The notes: generated by a model not told the origin, from the letters alone. Shown: positions 18,435-25,927, counted from the first letter of the stretch. The stretch is DNA of 32,000 nucleotides from Parasynechococcus marenigrum WH 8102 (GCF_000195975.1 NC_005070.1:810001-842000), one strand, 5' to 3'. Numbers and translations are program-made.

Positions 18435-19802
18435 TCAACGACCGTCAGACAGAGGCACCCTTCTCAATGACTTCGGTTGGTTGCGCGGGGCCTGGCCATC
18501 GCCGGCCAACAGGCCACGTTCCCAGCGCTTGGTCTGCCTCAACCCCAGGGCTCCGCCGGCACTGACGATCAGACCGATGCTGATGAGCCCCCAGCCCCCA
18601 TTAATGCCGATGAGGATGGCTCCCAACCACAACAACCCCCAGCAGACCGGTTGAGCCCGACGGATCCAGATCAGTGCGGTTGAGCAGCTGCGGCAATGGA
18701 TGGTGTGGGAGACATAGCGATCCATCAACGCCGTTGTCGGCTGACGGTTCGGTAGAGGCTGGCCGGCAAATGGCTCACCACCGTTGTGGTTAAGCCAGCG
18801 ATGCAACGCTGCCACGTAGACGTCTGCAGCCGTGGGCAGGAAAAAGGCCCGCTCAGCCGCAGCGCTGCCCCCGGCCGCTTCCAGGGTGCGTTCCTGCCAG
18901 TGAAGGAAAACCTGATCGTCTTCCAGCACCTTGTGGTTGCCGATGTGCTGCAGCCAGCGGGGTCGCAGGCCGATCAGCAGCCGTGGCAAGGCTGACTGGA
19001 ACTGGAACGGGAAGCGTGCAAACAGGCGGCATTCGCCGCGACGGATCGGCACCGCGTAAACCACGGTGAGGATGCGACCGAAACCCTTGGCGGTGAGGTC
19101 ATGCCACATCAGCTGCGGTGCCAGGAACGTGGTGGACTGGGCGCCGAGCTTGCCCCGCCGTGGCCCCTCCTCCCAATAGGCCTTGAAGCCACTGGCGTCT
19201 TCTGCCGTGATTGTGGCTTCCACCGGGGCTGCGTTCTCCCGCTTGCCCACGGTTTTGTGGTGCGTGAACGGCACGTGGCTCACATCCAGCACGTTTTCCA
19301 GCAGGGTGACGGCGTCCATGGGCAGGTCGCGGAACGTGTCCTGCACCGTCCAGCTGTCGGGGTTCTCCTCCAGTGCCGGCACCAGCGGCAGCTGCTCGGG
19401 ATCTGCGCTGTCCGGGGAGCCCATCCACACAAACAGCAGTCCCTGAGCGCTGGCGGTCGGCAGGCTGGCGCAACGGGATCGTCGGCTGTCCGGTTGGGTG
19501 TTCTCCAGGGCCTGGGGGATCTGCCGGCACTGGCCATCACCGTCGAAACTCCAGCCGTGGTAGGGACATTCGAGTTGGCCTGCATCGTTGATGCGCCCCT
19601 CACTCAGGGGGACAAGCCGATGGGGGCAAACGTCGGGAAAAACGCGCCAGGATTCACCTGATTGGTCCCACCAGATGACCAGATCGCGCTCCAGCAGCGT
19701 GAAGCGATTGGGGCGCTGCGGATCGAGATCCTGCAGGTAGCTGATCGGCCACCACTGTTCTGTCCAGGTGGGATGCATCGGCCGGCCGAACAATGGGGCC
19801 AT
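18435..19802 (-). CDS. Rieske [2Fe-2S] oxygenase of the PAO/Tic55-like family
   Basis: Rieske motif CPHRLVPLSEG...CPYHGWSF, mononuclear-iron region NVLDVSHVPFTHH, and C-terminal CRSC plus hydrophobic helices. An alternative start lies at 19778. Confidence 0.85.
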   Translation of the reverse strand: MAPLFGRPMHPTWTEQWWPISYLQDLDPQRPNRFTLLERDLVIWWDQSGESWRVFPDVCPHRLVPLSEGRINDAGQLECPYHGWSFDGDGQCRQIPQALENTQPDSRRSRCASLPTASAQGLLFVWMGSPDSADPEQLPLVPALEENPDSWTVQDTFRDLPMDAVTLLENVLDVSHVPFTHHKTVGKRENAAPVEATITAEDASGFKAYWEEGPRRGKLGAQSTTFLAPQLMWHDLTAKGFGRILTVVYAVPIRRGECRLFARFPFQFQSALPRLLIGLRPRWLQHIGNHKVLEDDQVFLHWQERTLEAAGGSAAAERAFFLPTAADVYVAALHRWLNHNGGEPFAGQPLPNRQPTTALMDRYVSHTIHCRSCSTALIWIRRAQPVCWGLLWLGAILIGINGGWGLISIGLIVSAGGALGLRQTKRWERGLLAGDGQAPRNQPKSLRRVPLSDGR

Positions 19803-19834
19803 GATCGCCAGGTTTGTTCGTCGCCGCGTCCGTC

Positions 19835-21067
19835 ATGCCGCGCCTTGCACCGGATCAGCTTCTTGAGGAACTCACGCCGGTCGATGACCTTCTGATCGTT
19901 CAGGACCTCGACGGCGTCTGCATGCAGCTGGTGAAGGATCCCCTCACCCGCCGCATGGATCCTGGCTACGTGAATGCCGCGGCGGACCTGCGAGGGAGCT
20001 TTGTGGTGCTCACCAACGGCGAGCACGAGGGACGGCGTGGGGTGAACCGTCTGGTGGAAGCGGCGTTGGGGGATCAGATCAAACCGGACCAGGCGGGCCT
20101 CTACCTGCCGGGTCTGGCCGCCGGCGGCGTTCAGTTTCAGGATCGTTTCGGTCATCTCAGTCACCCTGGGGTGAGTGAGGCGGAAATGGCGTTTCTGGCC
20201 GCGGCGCCCCTGCGGATGGAGCAGTTGCTGCTGGAGCGCCTGCCGTCGAAACTGCTGGGGGTGTCATCGGAGCAGTTGAAGGTGCTGGCGCAGCAGGCCG
20301 TGCTCGACACCCAGGTGTCACCCACCATCAATCTCAACGGTATTTTCGCGCTGGTGCCAGGGGATGTGTCCCGTCAGAGACGTCTTCAGCAGATGCTGGC
20401 CGAACTGATGGACCAGTTGCTGCAGGAGGCCAGTGCCGCGGGACTGGAGGGATCATTCTTTCTGCATGTCGCACCCAACCTGGGGCGCGATGCCGACGGC
20501 CGCGAACGGGCCAAGCCCGCTGCTGCTGGAGACGTCGGCACAACCGACATCCAGTTCATGTTGACGGGGTCGCTCAAGGAGGCAGGCCTGCTGGTGCTGA
20601 TCAATCAACACATCTCCCGCCGCCATGGGGTCTTCCCCCTGGGGGAGGAATTCAACGTGCGCACAGCTCCTCGGGATCATCAAGCCCTGCTGCAGTTGGC
20701 CGAGGAACGGTTGCCGATGGAGTGGATGCCGCGTCTTGTGGGGGTGGGCGACACGGTGACGTCCACGCAGGCCGCCGACGGGCACAGCTGGCTCCGGGGC
20801 GGCAGCGATCGCGGCTTTCTCACCCTGCTGAAGGATCTGGGGGCCTGCAGCAATCAACCCAATCGCGTGATTCTGGTGGACAGCAGCCATGGCGAGGTGG
20901 ATCGTCCGAGCCTCGCCGATGGTCGTTTGCTGGGCATCAGTGATCCGGAGGATCCGCTGGAGCTGGATGTGCTGATGCCCGGGGGGCCGGCGGACTACAT
21001 CAGCTGGTTTCAGACCTTGGCGCAGCGTCGACGGGCTGGCGGTCATGCCATTCCCGAGACGGCCTGA
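19835..21067 (+). CDS. stpA: Probable glucosylglycerol-phosphate phosphatase (StpA/GgpP-like)
   Basis: About 410 aa. LLIVQDLDGVCMQLVKDPLTRRMD...VLTNGEHEGRRGVN matches my recollection of StpA N-termini. The identification is from memory only. Confidence 0.55.
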   Translation: MPRLAPDQLLEELTPVDDLLIVQDLDGVCMQLVKDPLTRRMDPGYVNAAADLRGSFVVLTNGEHEGRRGVNRLVEAALGDQIKPDQAGLYLPGLAAGGVQFQDRFGHLSHPGVSEAEMAFLAAAPLRMEQLLLERLPSKLLGVSSEQLKVLAQQAVLDTQVSPTINLNGIFALVPGDVSRQRRLQQMLAELMDQLLQEASAAGLEGSFFLHVAPNLGRDADGRERAKPAAAGDVGTTDIQFMLTGSLKEAGLLVLINQHISRRHGVFPLGEEFNVRTAPRDHQALLQLAEERLPMEWMPRLVGVGDTVTSTQAADGHSWLRGGSDRGFLTLLKDLGACSNQPNRVILVDSSHGEVDRPSLADGRLLGISDPEDPLELDVLMPGGPADYISWFQTLAQRRRAGGHAIPETA

Positions 21068-21962
21068 TCTTCAGCAGGAACGGCATCTGGCTGATCGAGG
21101 GTCTGCCACCGCTCACCCAGACCGCGTGTTCATGACTCCAAGGCCGTTTTCCGGGAACGATCAGACGCGACTTGGAGGCATGATCTGGCAGAAAGGAGGC
21201 CAGGAATCCTTTGTACCTGACGAAGCTTTTGAGATCGCTGAACAGCACCCCATCGGCGGTTTCCACCAGTTCAAGCTGGCCATCCGGCCGGATGCCGTAG
21301 ACGATGCGCACATCGGCGAGTCGCATCTCCCCATAAACGCCTGCATAGGACGGTGGCGCTTCCTGGGTGGTGTTGGTGAAGGCGTGCAGGCCGCCGATGA
21401 ACACCCGCAAACGCTCCTCAAGCTCAGCTGTGAGCGAGCCGTAGCCGTGCTCCAGCTCGCCAGCACGGCTGATGCCCACCCAGGCCCGTTCGGCCGCAGC
21501 GGCACGATTGTCCGCAGGCCAGAGACCGTTGGCCAGCATCAGATCACCGTGCAAGCGCATGGCCAAGTCACCGTTACCGCTTCCGCGGGCAAAGGTGGGG
21601 CCTGAGGTGAACAGCAGAGCCTCCTCATCGTCATTGGCGTCCAATCCCCGGTTCCAGCCACCGAAGAACTCGACCGTGGTCCAGCGGGGATCCACAACAA
21701 CGCTGGTGTAGCCGATGTTGATGCTCGTGCCATCGGATCGGAGCACATTCAGCGTCTGATCAGGCAGAAATCGCGTCAGGCGATCCCTGGCTGGAGGCGG
21801 TGGAGGCGGTTCGACGTCAGGAACCAGCCTGCTGATCGGCTCCGGCCGTGAGCGCTCTGCACGATGCTCAGGATGCATCCACCATGCGATGCCCATGCCG
21901 AGCAAGCCTGAGGCCAGGCAGAGAGCCAGCAGCGGCAGGGAACGCACAGAGCAGGATTGCAT
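21000..21962 (-). CDS. Exported/anchored hypothetical protein with a Pro-rich linker
   Basis: Signal or anchor LPLLALCLASGLLGMGIAWW, then EPPPPPPARD, then a roughly 250-aa globular part. Its 3' end overlaps stpA by 68 nt. Confidence 0.65.
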   Translation of the reverse strand: MQSCSVRSLPLLALCLASGLLGMGIAWWMHPEHRAERSRPEPISRLVPDVEPPPPPPARDRLTRFLPDQTLNVLRSDGTSINIGYTSVVVDPRWTTVEFFGGWNRGLDANDDEEALLFTSGPTFARGSGNGDLAMRLHGDLMLANGLWPADNRAAAAERAWVGISRAGELEHGYGSLTAELEERLRVFIGGLHAFTNTTQEAPPSYAGVYGEMRLADVRIVYGIRPDGQLELVETADGVLFSDLKSFVRYKGFLASFLPDHASKSRLIVPGKRPWSHEHAVWVSGGRPSISQMPFLLKIRPSREWHDRQPVDAAPRSETS

Positions 21963-22011
21963 CGCTTCAGTGTGAACCGAGTGAGGAGACTGAGCAACAT
22001 CGTTTTGCTCT

Positions 22012-22038
22012 CAATCATTCTGTTCCAATGAGTGATTG
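22012..22038. promoter_or_regulatory. Imperfect inverted repeat CAATCATTC-N9-GAGTGATTG upstream of arsS
   Basis: Read directly: 8 of 9 positions are complementary. It lies in the 258-nt divergent intergenic region. Confidence 0.3.
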
Positions 22039-22220
22039 CAACACTGATAGCAATCAGAACGTCGCTTGTCTTAATCGGCCAATTCACGTTCAAATCAATC
22101 GGATGTTTGTCTTGATTGATACGGATGGCTTGAGCTCGAGTCGTCAGCTTGATCTGCCGGACCACTTGTCAGATCCACGGTTTAATGAGCTAGTACGAAC
22201 AGTGAAGCTGTGTTGAGGAG

Positions 22221-23171
22221 TTGGTGCTGATCACCCGTTCACTGCCCTTCCCCCCGCTGCAGCGCCGGGCTCTCACCACCCTTCAGGTGAATCTCGGCTA
22301 TCGCTGCAATCAGAGCTGCAGCCACTGCCACGTCAATGCCGGTCCCACCAGGACCGAAATGATGAGCGCGGAGCTGGTGGCGCTGATTCCTTCCGTGCTG
22401 GGGCGACGAGCGATCCGTTGTTTGGACCTCACCGGCGGGGCTCCCGAACTTCACCCTGACTTCCGTTCCCTGGTGCGTCGCGCCCGGGATCAGGGGGTTG
22501 CTGTGATCGATCGCTGCAATCTCACGATTCTTTCGGAGCCGGGACATGACACCTTGGCCCAATTTCTGGCCGACCATCGGGTCGGGGTGATCGCCTCCCT
22601 GCCCTGTTACAGCGCCGCCAATGTCGACCAACAGCGGGGCGATGGAGTGTTTGAACGCAGCCTTGAGGGTCTTCGGATGTTGAATGACCTCGGCTACGGC
22701 AGTGGGGACCCGGAACGATCCCTTGATCTGGTGTTCAATCCGCATGGTCCGTCTCTTCCCCCAGCTCAGGGGCTGCTGGAGGCCGATTACAAACGCGAGC
22801 TCGGATCCATGGGCATCCGCTTCGACCGGCTGCTGACCCTGGCCAACATGCCGATTCAGCGCTTCTCCCGCCAGTTGGAGCTGCAAGGTCGGCTGACCGC
22901 CTATCAGCGCCTGCTGGAGGAGGCCCACAACCCCGCCAATCTCGCGGCCGTGATGTGTCGCCAACTGCTCAGTGTCGATTGGCAAGGTCATCTTTATGAC
23001 TGCGATTTCAACCAGCAACTGGCCCTGTCAGCCCAGGGCGGCGTTCGTCATCTGCGCGATCTGCTGGATGACTCGATGGTGATCGAGGGTGATCCGATCC
23101 GAACGGCGCAGCATTGTTTCGGCTGCACGGCGGGGGCGGGATCGAGCTGCGGTGGGGCACTTCAGGGTTGA
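22221..23171 (+). CDS. arsS: Arsenosugar-biosynthesis radical SAM / Cys-rich domain protein
   Basis: TLQVNLGYRCNQSCSHCHVNAGP (CX3CX2C) plus the C-terminal HCFGCTAGAGSSCGG. Start is TTG 22221 or GTG 22224, after GAGGAG. Confidence 0.8.
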   Translation: MVLITRSLPFPPLQRRALTTLQVNLGYRCNQSCSHCHVNAGPTRTEMMSAELVALIPSVLGRRAIRCLDLTGGAPELHPDFRSLVRRARDQGVAVIDRCNLTILSEPGHDTLAQFLADHRVGVIASLPCYSAANVDQQRGDGVFERSLEGLRMLNDLGYGSGDPERSLDLVFNPHGPSLPPAQGLLEADYKRELGSMGIRFDRLLTLANMPIQRFSRQLELQGRLTAYQRLLEEAHNPANLAAVMCRQLLSVDWQGHLYDCDFNQQLALSAQGGVRHLRDLLDDSMVIEGDPIRTAQHCFGCTAGAGSSCGGALQG

Positions 23172-23446
23172 GCCCGGTCCGTGCCAGCGATGCGGTTGAT
23201 GGCGACGCCGGCGGGGGCCAGCAGCAGCACCGTTTCACTGATGCGTTGCTGCTGGCCATCCAGGGCATGCACCCCTCCTGAGACCAGATCAGCGGCGCGC
23301 TGGGCAAGATCTGGAGTGAGACGACTCAAATTGAGCACCACAGTGCGTTGTTCCCGCACAGCCAGCACGGCTTCCAGGGCGTCATTGAACTGATCGGGCA
23401 TCAGCACAACCACGTCGTGCCATCCATCGGAGCGACTGTTCACCAT
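23162..23446 (-). CDS. Minimal SepF (DUF552) domain protein, 94 aa
   Basis: VVVLMPDQFNDALEAVLAVREQRTVVLNLSRLTPDLAQRAADLVSGGVHALDGQQQRISETVLLLAP aligns by eye along the B. subtilis SepF C-terminal core. Confidence 0.75.
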   Translation of the reverse strand: MVNSRSDGWHDVVVLMPDQFNDALEAVLAVREQRTVVLNLSRLTPDLAQRAADLVSGGVHALDGQQQRISETVLLLAPAGVAINRIAGTDRAQP

Positions 23447-23495
23447 GGGGTCATGATGTGGGGCTGTTGCTGAACGCGTGGTGTCGCCTGCAGGA

Positions 23496-23702
23496 ATGTT
23501 GCTCGCTTTGCTGGGCCTGGGGCTCTGGGGAGGGGTTGTGTCAGCTCATGATCACGGCGGGCAACCGAAGCAGGCGATGTTCAAGACGCGCGCTGAAGCG
23601 GAGGCAGCGGCTCCTGGCTTTGGCTGCCAAGGGGCCCATCCCATGGGTGAGATGTGGATGGTCTGTGAGAAGCATGGTCAATCCGAGCAGCACGGACACT
23701 GA
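23496..23702 (+). CDS. Small secreted His-rich protein with a GCxGxHxMGxxWMxCxxH motif
   Basis: Signal peptide MLLALLGLGLWGGVVSA, then HDHGG..., and a C-terminal HGQSEQHGH. The motif is shared with the next gene. Alternative GTG starts lie at 23478 and 23481. Confidence 0.7.
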   Translation: MLLALLGLGLWGGVVSAHDHGGQPKQAMFKTRAEAEAAAPGFGCQGAHPMGEMWMVCEKHGQSEQHGH

Positions 23703-23705
23703 GCC

Positions 23706-24104
23706 ATGGCAACGGAAGGGGGACATTGCGGCAGCAAACCGAAGCGGATTGCCATCGGGGTCGCCCCGCTGGGCACCATTTCGATCGGCATCGTGCCGAT
23801 GGGGGTGATTTGTATCGGTGTGGTGCCGATGGGAGTTGTCTCCATCGGCGTGGTGGCGATGGGAGTCTTCAACGCCGCCATCGTTGGGATGGGGCTGGTG
23901 GCCGTCGGGGTGAACACGATGGGCGTGATCACGGCCGGGCCAATGAGCATGGGATTGATTCAGATCCGCTCAACCACCAACCCCCGCTACCTCGCCTACC
24001 CCAGCCGTGAGGAGGCGGAAGCCCAGGCGAAGGTTCTGGGTTGTGAGGGGATGCATCGCATGGGTGATCGCTACTGGATGCCCTGCAATGAACACCCCAA
24101 GTAG
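23706..24104 (+). CDS. Membrane protein: hydrophobic pentapeptide-repeat domain plus a C-terminal GCxGxHxMGxxxWMxCxxH motif
   Basis: Lies 3 nt after the previous stop. Residues 15-86 are hydrophobic with Gly at every 5th position. The C-terminal YPSREEAEAQAKVLGCEGMHRMGDRYWMPCNEH is paralogous to the upstream protein. Confidence 0.7.
   Translation: MATEGGHCGSKPKRIAIGVAPLGTISIGIVPMGVICIGVVPMGVVSIGVVAMGVFNAAIVGMGLVAVGVNTMGVITAGPMSMGLIQIRSTTNPRYLAYPSREEAEAQAKVLGCEGMHRMGDRYWMPCNEHPK
23784..23873 (+). repeat. Three tandem 30-nt repeats (ATCGGYRTSGTGSCGATGGGRGT...) inside the CDS
   Basis: Units at 23784-23813, 23814-23843 and 23844-23873, read directly. Unit 1 contains the perfect palindrome ATCGGCA-tcg-TGCCGAT. 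Confidence 0.85.
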
Positions 24105-24113
24105 GGGAACGCC

Positions 24114-24569
24114 TCAGTCCTGACAATTGGGGCACAGGGCCCGCACATTGAGACTGGACTCGATCAATTTGAAGCCGAACTGCTGTGCGGCATCGGCGCC
24201 GGCCATCAGCACAGGCTCACTTTCAAATTCTTCGGTGCGGCCGCAGCGGATGCACACCAAGTGGTGGTGATCGCGGTGATCCCCATGGGCAAGCTCAAAG
24301 CGACGGCCGCCTTCACTGAGCTCCAACTCCTGCAGAAATCCCATATCCGCCAGCAGGCGGAGGGTTCGGTACACGGTCGCCAGCGAGACCTTCAGCTGCA
24401 GGGAGGCCAGTTGTTGATGCACCTCCTCGGCGCTCAAATGGCAGCCTGAGCCGCGATGTTCGAACAACTCGAGAACCCGTTTCCGCTGGGGTGTCAGACG
24501 ACGACCGTCCTGGTGGAGGCCCTGCTGCAGAGATCCATCGGCGGGAGCAGACGGGGAGGGCAGCGACAC
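24114..24569 (-). CDS. Fur-family metalloregulator (Fur/Zur/PerR subtype undetermined)
   Basis: Winged helix LATVYRTLRLL, then HGDHRDHHHLVCIRCG and CPNC (two CxxC pairs). GTG start at 24569. Confidence 0.9.
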   Translation of the reverse strand: MSLPSPSAPADGSLQQGLHQDGRRLTPQRKRVLELFEHRGSGCHLSAEEVHQQLASLQLKVSLATVYRTLRLLADMGFLQELELSEGGRRFELAHGDHRDHHHLVCIRCGRTEEFESEPVLMAGADAAQQFGFKLIESSLNVRALCPNCQD

Positions 24570-24597
24570 CGATCAGAATCAGCTTTCTCAATAGTAG

Positions 24598-24607
24598 TCA
24601 TTAATGA
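24598..24607. promoter_or_regulatory. AT-rich perfect palindrome TCATTAATGA between the fur-family gene and a divergent operon (candidate operator)
   Basis: Read directly. It sits 29 nt upstream of the fur GTG. Its resemblance to Fur/Zur boxes is only partial. Confidence 0.3.
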
Positions 24608-24686
24608 GAGGCTTTAGCTCATCGTTCTTGGGATGGGTGCTTTACCCACAACGGTGATACGTTCCGGGCGGTGGTTTTTTAGAACG

Positions 24687-24953
24687 ATGGAGACTCACGT
24701 GCTCACTTTCAGCATCACCAAGCCTTTCGTCGAGTGGGCCAGGTTCTACGACCAATCAGCGCCCTTCCAAAGAGCAGCCGGCATCACTTCGCTCTATCGC
24801 GGTGTCAGCAAAGACGACCCCAGCAAGGTGTGTGCCGTCATGCAAGCCCTACCCGGTGTGATGGAGCAGTTCATTGAAGACAACACCGAGTTGATCGTCT
24901 CCTCCGGTCACGTTCTGGAGAGCACCGTCAGCCAGGTGTTCCTCGCCGGCTGA
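24687..24953 (+). CDS. Small conserved cyanobacterial hypothetical protein (88 aa; possibly DUF3764-like)
   Basis: METHVLTFSITKPFVEWARFYD...LYRGVSKDDPSKV resembles a picocyanobacterial family I recall; this is unverified. Linked to the next gene by a TGATG overlap. Confidence 0.6.
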   Translation: METHVLTFSITKPFVEWARFYDQSAPFQRAAGITSLYRGVSKDDPSKVCAVMQALPGVMEQFIEDNTELIVSSGHVLESTVSQVFLAG

Positions 24954-25186
24954 TGGGCTGGAATCCTGCCCGGGCCTGGACCAGTCAGCACCCTGTCGGG
25001 GGGTATCGCCACTTTCAGCTGGTTCTGCAGGGTGGTCGTGGCGATCAGCGTTGGGTGGAGCTGGCGGCGGTGCTGGCACCGGGCTTTCGTGAGCGGGTGC
25101 TCTGGAGTGATTTGGAGGATCCCCACCGCTGGGTGAGTGGTTGGCAGTCCATTCCCGAGAGCCATGCGGATCCTGCAGCTGAGTGA
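24953..25186 (+). CDS. Trp-rich small hypothetical protein (77 aa, 6 Trp)
   Basis: 1-nt stop/start overlap with the upstream gene. Trp occurs at residues 3, 9, 34, 51, 60 and 64. Reminiscent of the 'tryptophan-rich conserved hypothetical' family. Confidence 0.55.
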
Positions 25187-25925
25187 CCCCCATCTGGTGG
25201 CAGCCGATGCGGCCCTGGTGCGTGAACGCCCGGCCATGACTCTGCTCGATCGGGCCCTGCTGGAGGGGCAGCGCAGCCATCCCGATTTGGTGCTGATCAG
25301 CGGTGATCTCTGCCAGGACGAGAGCTGGGGCGGCTACGTCCGCCTGGGTCGCCTTCTAGATCGTCATGTCAACGTTCCAGTCGGCCTATTGCCCGGCAAC
25401 CACGATGACCCGCTGCTGCTGAAGGCCGTGCTGGGTCGTCGTTTCTGCACGGCTCCCGCCGAGTTGATTGTTCAAGGCACGCGGCTGGTTCTGCTCAACA
25501 GCCACCGCAGCGGTTGTTCCGCCGGTTGGCTCGGGCCACACCAGCTGCAGTGGTTGCAGGAGCGACTCGCTGATCCTTTGCGCCGGGATCTTCCTCTGGT
25601 GGTGGCCCTGCATCACCCGCCGGTGGCCATCGGTCACCCCGTGATGGACACGATGAATCTCAGCGATCACCACCAGCTAGCAGCCATTCTTCAGCCCCAC
25701 GCTGCGTTGCGAGCTGTGGTTTTCGGTCACATCCATCAGCACTGGCACGGAACCTGGCCGCAGCGTCCGGATGTCCCCCTGCTTGGCTGTCCGTCCACCC
25801 TGCGCAGTTTTCAGTGCGTGCAGCCCTGCCCGCTGGGTCGGGCGGAAGACCCGGGGGGACGTCTTCTGGAGATTCACAACGATGGCAGCCTCAGCCACCA
25901 GGTGCTGCGCTGGTCCCCCTGTTGA
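25164..25925 (+). CDS. Metallophosphoesterase (Icc/CpdA-like)
   Basis: Motifs LSDPH, SGDLCQ, PGNHD, LHHPP and FGHIHQ. ATG 25164 overlaps the upstream gene by 23 nt. Confidence 0.85.
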
Positions 25926-25927
25926 GC

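Noticed and set aside
21981-21988. On the minus strand, CUCCUCAC resembles the core of the cyanobacterial Yfr1 sRNA motif ACUCCUCACAC.
   Set aside because: Only the 8-nt core matches. It lies in the 5' leader of the 320-aa gene, and I could not identify the two flanking stem-loops characteristic of Yfr1.
23784-23873. Considered whether the 30-nt direct repeats could be a mini CRISPR array.
   Set aside because: The units are contiguous with no spacers, there are only about three good copies, they are in frame within a CDS, and no cas genes are nearby.
23678-23950. 90-aa minus-strand ORF with TPIG-type repeats opposite the pentapeptide-repeat gene.
   Set aside because: It is explained by the palindromic content of the 30-nt DNA repeats. 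It has no start context or partner motif. The plus-strand frame carries the conserved C-terminal motif shared with the upstream gene.
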